Assembly: GCA_910577735.1 (NCBI GenBank)
Contig: CAJTOO010000015.1
Location: forward strand, 16,074 to 80,073
Source: an uncultured Lachnospiraceae bacterium
GTDB taxonomy: Bacteria > Bacillota > Clostridia > Lachnospirales > Lachnospiraceae
Length of the DNA: 64,000 nt
Reading direction: 5' to 3'
Shown: piece after piece, positions 55,547 through 64,000 of the stretch
How the letters are laid out: each line of letters begins with the position of its first letter
How positions within the stretch are numbered: the first letter of the stretch is position 1
Program-made: the position numbers and the translations under genes
The notes under the pieces: model-generated
What the model saw: only the letters and a program-made list of their open reading frames with translations
Told to the model about the DNA's origin: nothing
Databases searched by the model: none

Positions 55547-56623
55547 ATGTGGAATCATCAGCAGCAAATAGATACATTATGGAATAACAGAGTGATAAAG
55601 GCATGCGTGGTAACGGTTTTGGTTTATTTCTTTTTCCGTTACCTGTTTCCGTTGGCGGCTCCCTTTTTGTCGGCTTTTGTGCTGGTCACGCTGCTGTATC
55701 CTCTGTTAGAGAGGATACAGAGAAAGATTCCGATTCGTAAGAAATTTCTGGCAGTGGGCATTGTTCTGCCGCTTTTACTATTGGTGTGCGGCATCCTCTG
55801 GGCAGTTATGGTGCTGGGCATCAGACAGCTTCAGGATCTGCCTGCCCTCTGTAATCAGATCGGAGCCCAGGCGGAACTCTTTTTCCATCAGTGCTGTTGC
55901 CGGATGGATGGGAAGTTTGGCTGGAACGGAGAGGAGATTGAGGGGTATATCATTGAACAGATGACGGTTATCATGGAGAATGTGCAGATACAGGTGGTAC
56001 CGCAGATACTGTCTTCTTCGTACAGTTGTTTTAAAGGCATCTTTTCTGCGGTGGGATTTTTGGCCATTACCTGCATTGCAGTTTTTTTACTGGAAAAGGA
56101 TTATACCAGAATGGTGGAATGGGTGAAATCAGAGGAGGATTTCAGGTTCCTCTGGTCTGTCATGGAGGGAGTGCTTTCCTATATCATCACCTTTATGAAA
56201 GCGCAGGGAGTCATTCTGCTTATTATCTGTCTGTTGTGCAGTGTGACGCTGGGGGTGTCCGGTGTGAGCGGCGGTATTTTACTGGGCATTCTGGCAGGTA
56301 TTCTGGATATGCTGCCGTTTATCGGAACGGGAATTGTGCTGGTACCGCTGTCCATATGGCAGCTGTTAAACGGACAGTATGTGCAGATGGCAGTCTGTCT
56401 TATTTTGTACGGCGTCTGTATTTTAGCCCGGGAAATGCTGGAACCTAAGCTGATTGGAAAGCGGGTCGGGGTTGCACCTGTGGGTTTACTGATTGCTATT
56501 TATGCCGGCGTTAAGCTTTTTGGCGTGGGCGGCATCATTAAGGGGCCGCTTTCGTTGATTGTGATCTGTGAGATTTTGAGAAGAAGACCAAAGGGGGAGA
56601 AAAAGTTTGACGAAAGGATATAG
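55547..56623 (+). CDS. ytvI: AI-2E/PerM-family membrane protein (sporulation protein YtvI-like)
   Basis: A polytopic 358-aa protein with the family signature GILDMLPFIGTGIVLVP. Confidence 0.8.
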   Translation: MWNHQQQIDTLWNNRVIKACVVTVLVYFFFRYLFPLAAPFLSAFVLVTLLYPLLERIQRKIPIRKKFLAVGIVLPLLLLVCGILWAVMVLGIRQLQDLPALCNQIGAQAELFFHQCCCRMDGKFGWNGEEIEGYIIEQMTVIMENVQIQVVPQILSSSYSCFKGIFSAVGFLAITCIAVFLLEKDYTRMVEWVKSEEDFRFLWSVMEGVLSYIITFMKAQGVILLIICLLCSVTLGVSGVSGGILLGILAGILDMLPFIGTGIVLVPLSIWQLLNGQYVQMAVCLILYGVCILAREMLEPKLIGKRVGVAPVGLLIAIYAGVKLFGVGGIIKGPLSLIVICEILRRRPKGEKKFDERI

Positions 56624-56643
56624 TCCGTATATGATGAAAATAC

Positions 56644-58266
56644 ATGGAGACAGAGAATAGAAAAAATTATAAAGAGATACAATTAAACAGCGGGTCAGGA
56701 AATTGGTTAAAAAAGATCGGCCAAAATATCCTCTTAATATACTTTATCATATTAACCGTGATTTACCCTTATTATGCGCCGGGCGGGTATCTGGAGATCG
56801 GAGAGAACAAATATATCTTTTTCCGGAATGTGACACTGGTCTGGCTGGCTGCAATGCTTCTCGTTATTTTATGTACGGTGGTTCGCAGGCCGGGGCTGCT
56901 CACAGAATATTTTCACCGGATGTCAGTGACAGATTGGTTCGCCTATGGCTATTTTGTGGCGGTGATGTTGTCTTATTTGTGTTCTTCTTATAAAGAGGAA
57001 GCGCTCTGGGGTGCCCAGGGCTGGTATATGGGAACTGTGATGCAGATGATATTTGTGCTGCTTTATTTTTTCTTTTCCCGGTATTTTGTGTACCGCGTAA
57101 AGTGGGTGGCGGTCTGGCTGGCGGCGTCTGCGGGTGTGTTTGTATTAGGGATATTAAATCGCTATTCGATCTATCCTGTTGATATGGCGGGGCAGACGCC
57201 GGTGTTTATCTCTACGCTGGGGAATATCAATTGGTTTTGCGGTTACTGGTCTGTGACAGCGCCCATGGGGATGGCCTTATACTGGTGCAGTAAAGGGAGA
57301 TGGTATCGGGTTGCGGCAGGGGTTTATAGTTTCCTTGCCATATTAGCCGGGATTGTACAGGGAAGCGAGAGTGCATATCTGGTATTTGCGGCGGCGTTTG
57401 TGATATTGTTGCTATTTTCCATACATAGTGTACAATATTTTTACAGGTGGATGCAGTTGTGTATGATGTTCGCAGCGGGATGTCAGGCAGCGCGGCTTCT
57501 GCGTTATCTGCCGGGATTTTGGCTAAATTATGGAAGCGGCTTAAACGGGGGAAGCCCTTCCATGATGGAGCGGCTTACCAGTGGAAACGGAACATTGTGG
57601 GCATTGTGTATTGTATTTTCAGGATATGTGTTACTGCGGCTGTGGATACACAGGAAAGACAGGGATGCTTCCGGCAGAATACGGAATTTGTTGGAAGATG
57701 GACGGGGAAATAAAATCTGTGCAGCGGTCCTTATTTTGTGCGGGTGTGTCGGGCTGTGCGGCCTGTTTAAGTTTGGCGGCCTGCTGTATGGTGGGGAAGA
57801 AGTCCCGATTATGTTATTTCGAGAAGACTGGGGAAATGGCCGGGGTGCGGCCTGGAATTGCAGTATAGAGGCATATAGGGCGCTGGATGCGCTGCATCGG
57901 ATTGTAGGTGTGGGTCCGGATTGTTTTGCGGCCTATGTCTATGAAGTGCCGGCAGCAGCCGGGCGGCTTGTGGAAGAGTTTGGTTCTGAAAGGCTGACCA
58001 ATGCCCATAACGAAGGGCTTTCCATGCTGATGAATGTGGGAGCGCTGGGATGTATGTGCTATGCAGGATTTGTGGGAAGTGCGCTGATTCGCTTTTGTAA
58101 AGGGGCGCGTGGGCAGACTTTTCTATATGCGTGTGCAGTCAGCTTATTGGCCTATACGGTTCATAATATGGTGAGTTTTCAGCAGGTATTGAGTACGCCC
58201 TATTTCTTTATGTTGTTGGGGATGGGCGAGGGAGTATTACGGAAAGCAGGAAAAGACTATGAGTAA
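56644..58266 (+). CDS. O-antigen ligase/polymerase-like (Wzy_C) polytopic membrane protein, paralog 1
   Basis: More than 10 TM segments and the periplasmic-loop motifs WGNGRGAAW ... VGVGPDCF ... LTNAHNEGLSML. Confidence 0.8.
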   Translation: METENRKNYKEIQLNSGSGNWLKKIGQNILLIYFIILTVIYPYYAPGGYLEIGENKYIFFRNVTLVWLAAMLLVILCTVVRRPGLLTEYFHRMSVTDWFAYGYFVAVMLSYLCSSYKEEALWGAQGWYMGTVMQMIFVLLYFFFSRYFVYRVKWVAVWLAASAGVFVLGILNRYSIYPVDMAGQTPVFISTLGNINWFCGYWSVTAPMGMALYWCSKGRWYRVAAGVYSFLAILAGIVQGSESAYLVFAAAFVILLLFSIHSVQYFYRWMQLCMMFAAGCQAARLLRYLPGFWLNYGSGLNGGSPSMMERLTSGNGTLWALCIVFSGYVLLRLWIHRKDRDASGRIRNLLEDGRGNKICAAVLILCGCVGLCGLFKFGGLLYGGEEVPIMLFREDWGNGRGAAWNCSIEAYRALDALHRIVGVGPDCFAAYVYEVPAAAGRLVEEFGSERLTNAHNEGLSMLMNVGALGCMCYAGFVGSALIRFCKGARGQTFLYACAVSLLAYTVHNMVSFQQVLSTPYFFMLLGMGEGVLRKAGKDYE

Positions 58267-59851
58267 TAAATTACATAAAATGAAAGACGGCGGGTCAAAT
58301 GCCGGAGTGGAGATAACAGGACAGCTGATTGCGTATCTTATGGCAGTGGTGGCGGCAACGGTATGTGTGGCGGTACCGTTATATGCCAGGGACGGTTATG
58401 ATCAGATTGGAAATGCCAAGTTCGACATCTATAAGAACATTCTCCGTCTTGGCTTTGTTCCCCTGTTGCTTCTGGCGGCTTTGTATGGAGTTTTCTGGCT
58501 GCGGGAAAAGAAAAAATGCAGACTGTCAGTAACGGACGGCTGTGTGCTGGCATATATGTTTTTTACCATTTTATCAGCTGGTTTTGGCGGCTTTTATCAG
58601 GATGCCTTGTGGGGCTCCTTTGGCTGGAATATGGGACTGTTATCGCAGATCAGTTTCGTATTACTGTATTTGTTCCTTTCCCGTTTCGGCAGACAGTACC
58701 GTCCGGTGCTGGTAATCTTATGTGCGGTATCAGCAGTGGTATTCCTGCTTGGGATACTGCATCGGGTGGGGATAGATCCGATTGGCTTCTATCAGGGATT
58801 GACGGATGACCAGATGGCGCAGTTTCTCTCAACAATGGGGCAGGCCACCTGGTATGCCAGTTATCTGATCGTGGTACTGCCTGTGGGAACTGCCGTATTC
58901 CTCTATGCGCAGAAGAAGATATGGAGAATGGTAAGCGGTATTTATGTGGTTATTGGCTTTTGTTCGCTGGTAACACAAAACAGTGACAGCGCTTACTTTG
59001 CTTTGGCGGGCTTTATGCTGGTGTTTTTCTGGTTCTGTGTGGAGAAAGAAGAGAGTCTGCGGCGTTTCGCAGCCGTCTGTGTCATGTTCTTTGCATCGGG
59101 TAAGGTCATGAGTCTGTTCATGCGGATTCGTCCGAATCCGGAATTGCGGTATGATTTTATGACCAGTCTGATTCTGGATTCTGTACTGACATGGGTGCTT
59201 CTGGGAATCTGTGTGATATTGTATGTGCTGTTGTGGAAGCGAAAAGATAAGACGTTTCCGGTACAGAAGATGTTGCGGGCGCGTAAAGCCGTGCTTGTGG
59301 GCATGGTGATATTGCTTGCCGGGATAATGGGGCTTATGATTTTGCAGACAGGCGGACTTTTGCCGGAGGGAATGGGGCGAAGGTTATCGGCGGTGTCTTA
59401 TTTTACCTGGAATGACGATTGGGGAAATGGCCGGGGACGAATCTGGAAGTTTGCGGCCAGGATATTTAGGGAAGAGAATCTGTTTCATAAATTGATTGGT
59501 GTGGGGCCGGACTGCTTAAGTAGCTATGTGGCGGCAAATTATGGGGAAGAGGCCGAACTCTTGTGGGGACAGAAGGTGCTCACCAACGCCCATAACGAGT
59601 GGTTTAATATGTTGATCAATGGGGGGATTCTTGGATTTGTATCTTATGCGGGGATTTTCGTCACGGCGATCCGGCGGTTTATGAAGGCGGCAGGTGATGA
59701 GCCTCTGCTGACAGGAATCGCAGCGGCGGCAGTGTCTTACATGGCTTATAATTTTTTCTGTTATCAGCAGGTGTGCTGTACGCCCTTTGTGTTTATTCTG
59801 TTGGGAATTGGAGAGTATCTGTGCCGGAGTTTACCGCATTCGCATAAATAG
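58259..59851 (+). CDS. O-antigen ligase/polymerase-like (Wzy_C) polytopic membrane protein, paralog 2
   Basis: Same architecture and motifs (WGNGRGRIW ... IGVGPDCL ... LTNAHNEWFNML). It overlaps paralog 1 by 8 nt. Confidence 0.8.
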   Translation: MSNKLHKMKDGGSNAGVEITGQLIAYLMAVVAATVCVAVPLYARDGYDQIGNAKFDIYKNILRLGFVPLLLLAALYGVFWLREKKKCRLSVTDGCVLAYMFFTILSAGFGGFYQDALWGSFGWNMGLLSQISFVLLYLFLSRFGRQYRPVLVILCAVSAVVFLLGILHRVGIDPIGFYQGLTDDQMAQFLSTMGQATWYASYLIVVLPVGTAVFLYAQKKIWRMVSGIYVVIGFCSLVTQNSDSAYFALAGFMLVFFWFCVEKEESLRRFAAVCVMFFASGKVMSLFMRIRPNPELRYDFMTSLILDSVLTWVLLGICVILYVLLWKRKDKTFPVQKMLRARKAVLVGMVILLAGIMGLMILQTGGLLPEGMGRRLSAVSYFTWNDDWGNGRGRIWKFAARIFREENLFHKLIGVGPDCLSSYVAANYGEEAELLWGQKVLTNAHNEWFNMLINGGILGFVSYAGIFVTAIRRFMKAAGDEPLLTGIAAAAVSYMAYNFFCYQQVCCTPFVFILLGIGEYLCRSLPHSHK

Positions 59852-59854
59852 CAG

Positions 59855-59883
59855 TTGACAAATCCAGTCTCCCCACTTAGAAT
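59855..59883 (+). promoter_or_regulatory. Sigma-A promoter for the proS leader
   Basis: TTGACA, a 17-nt spacer, then TAGAAT. Confidence 0.6.
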
Positions 59884-59934
59884 AAGACCCAAGAAATGGT
59901 GCAATATAAGGTTGTACCAGCATAAAACAGACGT

Positions 59935-60154
59935 GGCGAAGAAGAGAATAGTACGGATAGGGAACGTGACAGAGAGAGGATTGTTGGTGGAAGATTCTTA
60001 CGGGAGCTATTCGGAACCGGCCTCGGAGCCCTGTGCGATAAGCACAGCGTGACACCGGCGATAACGGTAGGAGAAGATGAGCGCAGAGGCGCTAATTAGG
60101 GTGGTACCGCCGAGATTTCGGTCCCTTTGGGATGAGATCTGGGCGGTTTTATTT
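59935..60154 (+). promoter_or_regulatory. T-box riboswitch leader of proS (candidate specifier CCG)
   Basis: Hand-folded Stem I: GGC/GCC base, a K-turn-like GAAGAA/GGA loop, an AGTA box, an AGAGAG box and a GGTGGAA distal loop. The specifier-loop 3' strand is G-GAA-CCG-G (CCG at 60017-60019). The T-box sequence AATTAGGGTGGTACCGCC lies at 60094-60112. The terminator is CCGCCGAGAT / ATCTGGGCGG plus TTTTATTT (60107-60154). Confidence 0.8.
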
Positions 60155-60239
60155 ATGTGAGGATGTCTGGTAAAGTCCGGCATCTGTTGCTTTAATGAAA
60201 AGTCAGTAAGACACCTTTGTTCTGAGAAAGGAGAGAAAA

Positions 60240-61670
60240 ATGGCAGACAAAAAATTAGTGGAAGCGATCACGGCGATGGAGGATGATTTCGCGCAGTGGT
60301 ACACGGATGTGGTGAAGAAGGCAGAGCTTTTAGATTATACCAGCATTAAAGGATGTATGGTATTTAAGCCGGCCGGATATGCTATCTGGGAATTGATTCA
60401 AAAGCAGCTGGACGAGCGGTTTAAGGCAGCAGGTGTGGAGAATGTGTATATGCCTATGTTCATTTCGGAGAGTCTGTTGAATAAAGAGAAAGACCATGTG
60501 GAAGGATTTGCGCCGGAAGTGGCCTGGGTGACTCACGGCGGATTGCAGCCTTTACAGGAGAGATTATGTGTCAGACCCACATCGGAGACTTTATTCTGTG
60601 ATTATTATAAGAATGTGGTGCAGTCTTATCGGGACCTTCCCCAGGTTTGTAACCAGTGGTGTTCTGTGGTGCGTTGGGAGAAGGAGACCAGACCCTTCCT
60701 GCGCAGCAGGGAGTTTTTATGGCAGGAGGGGCATACGGCCCATGCAACGGCTGAGGAAGCAGAAGCAAGAACGCTTCAGATGCTGAATCTTTATGCTGAT
60801 TTCTGCGAAGAGGTGCTGGCGATTCCTGTGATGAAGGGCCGTAAGACGGATAAAGAAAAATTTGCAGGCGCTGTTTCCACATATACTATTGAGGCGCTTA
60901 TGCATGATGGCAAGGCTCTGCAGTCCGGCACAAGTCATAACTTCGGTGATGGCTTTGCGAAAGCTTTCGGCGTGCAGTTTACAGATAAGGACAATACCTT
61001 GAAATATGTACATCAGACTTCCTGGGGCGTTTCCACTCGTCTGATCGGTGCGATTATTATGGTTCATGGTGATAATTCAGGGCTGGTGCTGCCGCCTAAG
61101 ATCGCAGCGACCCAGATTATGATCATCCCCATCCAGCAGAAGAAAGAAGGGGTTCTGGACAAAGCTTATGAGTTGAAGGAGCGTCTGAGCGCTTTTCGTG
61201 CGAAGGTAGATGATACGGACAAGAGTCCGGGATGGAAGTTTTCTGAGCAGGAGATGCGGGGGATCCCGATTCGCGTGGAGATCGGGCCTAAGGATATTGA
61301 GGCTGGCAAATGTGTGATCTGCCGCCGTGATACGAGAGAAAAGATAGAAGTTTCTCTGGATGAGATAGAAGCAAAGGCGGGAGAAATCCTTGATAAGATG
61401 CAGCAGGAAATGCTCGAGAGAGCGCGTGCGCACAAGGAGAGCCATACTTTTACGGCCAAAGACATGGAAGAATTCCGCAGACTCTTTGCAGAAGAATCCG
61501 GTTTTGTGAAAGCCATGTGGTGCGGGGAGCAGGCATGTGAGGATAAGATCAAGGAAGAACTGGCAGTCACCAGCCGCTGTATTCCCTTCGAACAGGAAAA
61601 TATCAGTGATGTCTGTGTATGCTGCGGTAAGCCTGCCAAGAAGATGGTTTATTGGGGCAGGGCATACTAG
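60240..61670 (+). CDS. proS: Prolyl-tRNA synthetase, archaeal/eukaryote-like type (no insertion editing domain, C-terminal zinc-binding domain)
   Basis: A 476-aa class IIa synthetase with the N-terminus [21 protein letters not shown]-type motif 2 ([10 protein letters not shown]), GTSHNFG, a C-terminal Cys cluster, and the terminal Tyr (GRAY) typical of this ProRS type. Confidence 0.92.
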   Translation: MADKKLVEAITAMEDDFAQWYTDVVKKAELLDYTSIKGCMVFKPAGYAIWELIQKQLDERFKAAGVENVYMPMFISESLLNKEKDHVEGFAPEVAWVTHGGLQPLQERLCVRPTSETLFCDYYKNVVQSYRDLPQVCNQWCSVVRWEKETRPFLRSREFLWQEGHTAHATAEEAEARTLQMLNLYADFCEEVLAIPVMKGRKTDKEKFAGAVSTYTIEALMHDGKALQSGTSHNFGDGFAKAFGVQFTDKDNTLKYVHQTSWGVSTRLIGAIIMVHGDNSGLVLPPKIAATQIMIIPIQQKKEGVLDKAYELKERLSAFRAKVDDTDKSPGWKFSEQEMRGIPIRVEIGPKDIEAGKCVICRRDTREKIEVSLDEIEAKAGEILDKMQQEMLERARAHKESHTFTAKDMEEFRRLFAEESGFVKAMWCGEQACEDKIKEELAVTSRCIPFEQENISDVCVCCGKPAKKMVYWGRAY

Positions 61671-61730
61671 GAGCATCCCAGGATGGAAAATGTCCGGTTG
61701 CTTGTATAATGTCAGAAACAGGAGTATAAT

Positions 61731-61756
61731 GGACGCAGGCTTTACGGCCTGCGTCC
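61731..61756 (+). terminator. Stem-loop after proS; possible terminator with no T-run
   Basis: GGACGCAGGC (TTTACG) GCCTGCGTCC. Confidence 0.4.
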
Positions 61757-61818
61757 CAAAATAAAGGTTTAACCCCGTTGTCAACAGCAGGGTTACTGAG
61801 TAAGGAGGAGTAGCAATC

Positions 61819-62076
61819 ATGAAAAAGATAGTATCACAGATGGTTAAGTTTTCTTATTTCTTTACGTGCGGATGGTATTTATTCACACTGCCGGTACATG
61901 CGTATATCGACCCGTCTGCAGTCACTTATATTATTCAGGCTGTGGCAGGTGTCCTGATTGCACTGGGTGCAGTGCTGACTATTTTCAGACATAAAATATT
62001 CGCTTTCTTTAAGAAGAATAAGAAGGATGGCGAAGCAGAGAAAAGTGCTATTGAATTTAAAGACGTGGACGAGTAA
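61819..62076 (+). CDS. Small membrane protein (85 aa), unknown function
   Basis: An AAGGAGGAG RBS and two hydrophobic segments around a YIDPSAVTYIIQ motif, with a Lys-rich tail. Confidence 0.6.
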   Translation: MKKIVSQMVKFSYFFTCGWYLFTLPVHAYIDPSAVTYIIQAVAGVLIALGAVLTIFRHKIFAFFKKNKKDGEAEKSAIEFKDVDE

Positions 62077-62087
62077 GAGGCGGTCAT

Positions 62088-63962
62088 ATGGGTGCAGTGA
62101 TAGATGGAATAGTAGGCATTTTGGTCTGGCTGATCAATTTATGCTATGGATTTTGCCAAAATTATTGGTTTGCAATATTGGTATTTACATTTCTGACAAA
62201 GGTAATTCTGCTGCCTTTGTCAGTTTGGGTACAGAAGAACTCCATTAAGACGGTGCGGATGCAGCCTGAGATGAATCATATCAGTGCCACGTATCTGGGA
62301 AACCAGGAAGCCATTTCCGAGGAGCAGTATAAATTATTTAAAAGAGAGAAATACAGTCCCTTTGCGGATCTGATACCTCTGTTTGTGCAGCTGGCCCTGT
62401 TGATGGGCGTAGTGGAAGCTGTTAAGCGGGGGACGAACCTGACGGATATTCCTGTCAAAACAGGAGGAGTCACTTTACTGATTCCTCTTCTGGCAGCGTT
62501 ATCCGCCTTTTTCATGTGTTATGTGCAGAATAAGATAAATGTGCTGCAGTCTGAGCAGGGGGCTCTCAATAAATACGGCACCATGATATTTTCCGTGGCA
62601 TTATCTTTGTATCTGGGATTTTTTGTGTCCATTGGTGTTGGATTTTACTGGAGCTGCAGTAATATACTCTCAGTGGTTCAGCTGGTTCTTTTAAACATCT
62701 GGATCAATCCCAAAAATTATATAGATTATGAGGCTCTGGAAAAGAGTAAGGAAGAGCTTAAACAGGCGAAAGCCTTCATGACCACCAAACAGAAAGAAGA
62801 TAAGAAGAGTCCATATCGGGACAAGGAAAAAGCAGATTATAAGAAATTTATAAAAACTGCCGATAAAAAGATTGTGTTTTATTCGGAAAAGAATGGTTTC
62901 TATAAATATTATAAGAATATCATAGAAGAGATTATCAGACGAACCAACATTGTCATCCACTATATCACCAGTGATCCGGAAGATGAGGTCTTTGGCATGG
63001 AGAGCGACCAGTTTAAACCTTATTATATCGGAGAGCACAGAATGATCGTGCTGATGATGAAGATGGAGACGGACATTATGGTCATGACTACGCCGGATCT
63101 GGAGAATTTCCAGTTAAAGCGGTCTTATGTACAGAAAGATATTGAATATATTTATGTGCAGCATGATGTGAACAGCTCTAATCTGACCTTTCACAAAGAT
63201 GCGCTGGATCACTACGATACCATTTTCACATCGGGTCCCAAGAATAAGTGCGAGATTGCGGAGCGGGAAGAGAAATACGGACTGCCGGCAAAGAACCTTG
63301 TGGAGTGGGGTTCCAGTGTCATTGACAATATGACCAAAGCTTATGAGGAGATGGTGCGGGAAGATGGATCGGAGGGGAAGAAGGACAAGACGGTCCTGAT
63401 AGCGCCTTCCTGGCAGAAAGACAATATTTTGGATTCCTGTATAGAAGGGATGCTGGATGAACTGGTCAAGACGCCCTATCATATTATTGTCCGTCCGCAT
63501 CCGCAGTATGTCCGCCACTATGAGGCACGGATTGATGCTCTGGCGGCCAGATATCAGGAGCAGGGTGTAACCTTCCAGAAGGATTTTTCTTCCAATAAGA
63601 CGGTATATACGGCGGATATACTGGTCACAGACTGGTCGAGCATTGCTTTTGAGTATGCTTTTGCCACCTTAAAGCCGGTACTGTTCATTGACACGCCCAT
63701 GAAGATTACCAATCCGGATTATCAGGAACTGAAAACAGTGCCTATCGATATAGAACTGCGCAGCAAGGTAGGCATATCTGTCCAGCCGGATGCGGTGGAA
63801 GATAAGATCAGGGATTCTGTGGACAAGCTGTTGTTTGATGAGCAGTTTTCCAGGGATTCTCTGCAAAAACTAAAGGAAGAGTATATTTATCATAACGGTG
63901 AGAGCGGTAAAGTCGGCGCGAAATATATCATTGATAAGCTGGTGGAACGTTCAGGCAAATAG
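62088..63962 (+). CDS. Fusion protein: N-terminal YidC/Oxa1-type insertase domain plus C-terminal CDP-glycerol glycerophosphotransferase (TagB/TagF-like) domain
   Basis: Residues 1 to about 215 show the YidC pattern (FAILVFTFLTKVILLPLSVWVQKNSIKTVRMQPEMNHI ... five TM segments). A Lys-rich linker follows. From residue 250 to the end are TagF-family motifs (VLIAPSWQKDN ... RPHPQY ... ADILVTDWSSIAFEYAFATLKPVLFID). It is a single uninterrupted 624-codon ORF. Confidence 0.75.
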   Translation: MGAVIDGIVGILVWLINLCYGFCQNYWFAILVFTFLTKVILLPLSVWVQKNSIKTVRMQPEMNHISATYLGNQEAISEEQYKLFKREKYSPFADLIPLFVQLALLMGVVEAVKRGTNLTDIPVKTGGVTLLIPLLAALSAFFMCYVQNKINVLQSEQGALNKYGTMIFSVALSLYLGFFVSIGVGFYWSCSNILSVVQLVLLNIWINPKNYIDYEALEKSKEELKQAKAFMTTKQKEDKKSPYRDKEKADYKKFIKTADKKIVFYSEKNGFYKYYKNIIEEIIRRTNIVIHYITSDPEDEVFGMESDQFKPYYIGEHRMIVLMMKMETDIMVMTTPDLENFQLKRSYVQKDIEYIYVQHDVNSSNLTFHKDALDHYDTIFTSGPKNKCEIAEREEKYGLPAKNLVEWGSSVIDNMTKAYEEMVREDGSEGKKDKTVLIAPSWQKDNILDSCIEGMLDELVKTPYHIIVRPHPQYVRHYEARIDALAARYQEQGVTFQKDFSSNKTVYTADILVTDWSSIAFEYAFATLKPVLFIDTPMKITNPDYQELKTVPIDIELRSKVGISVQPDAVEDKIRDSVDKLLFDEQFSRDSLQKLKEEYIYHNGESGKVGAKYIIDKLVERSGK

Positions 63963-63974
63963 GGGGATAAGCAG

Positions 63975-64000
63975 ATGGAGATGGTAAAGAGAAATGTATT
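63975..64000 (+). CDS. Start of a further ORF truncated by the window end
   Basis: ATG lies 7 nt after AGGGGG. Only 8 codons are visible, so no function can be assigned. Confidence 0.3.

Overview
This is a 64-kb chromosomal segment from a spore-forming Firmicutes/Clostridia genome. Gene content and synteny look Lachnospiraceae-like, but that placement is inference. Coding density is high and most genes are on the + strand. I saw no rRNA, CRISPR array, transposase, integrase or prophage genes.

Gene content, left to right:
- 1-11.3 kb: a xylo-oligosaccharide utilisation locus. It holds a YesM/YesN-type two-component system, an LplABC-like ABC importer, a GH8 Rex-like exo-oligoxylanase, a CofE-like protein and a GH43 beta-xylosidase.
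- 11.47 kb: a lone tRNA-Pro(CGG).
- 11.6-19.3 kb: a second glycan block with two AraC regulators, a HAD phosphatase, GH127 and GH3.
- 19.3-24.4 kb: cca, a cotS-like gene and a PEGA-domain lipoprotein carrying a 36-bp tandem coding repeat.
- 24.4-32.5 kb: the conserved clostridial cluster mazG-hup-yabO-yabP-yabQ-divIC-spoIIE(like)-tilS-hpt-ftsH.
- 32.5-36.6 kb: GH13, a transglutaminase-like protein and an MGMT-family protein.
- 36.6-46.1 kb: two paralogous ECF sigma/anti-sigma modules. They flank an AT-rich islet (Ser/Thr kinase, HTH protein, small membrane protein), a GNAT gene and a threonine-aldolase-like gene. One module is followed by a vWA lipoprotein.
- 46.2-51 kb: hsp20, a PfkB kinase with a class II aldolase, a Crh-like HPr paralog and a second GH43.
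- 50.9-52.1 kb: a perR / reverse-rubrerythrin / rubredoxin operon.
- 52.3-64 kb: an OmpR-type two-component system, an RluA-family synthase, ytvI, two tandem O-antigen-ligase-like paralogs, a T-box-controlled proS and a YidC-TagF fusion ORF.

Observations most worth follow-up:
- An ECF-type promoter motif shared by the sigma gene and the vWA gene, with a related motif at the paralogous sigma gene.
- The YidC/glycerophosphotransferase fusion.
- A SpoIIE homolog with no transmembrane domain.
- The AT-rich islet with an atypical kinase.
- A promoter-plus-terminator unit with C-rich motifs downstream of ftsH, which could be a small RNA.

All functional calls rest on motif recognition by eye and on remembered family features. 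No database search was run.
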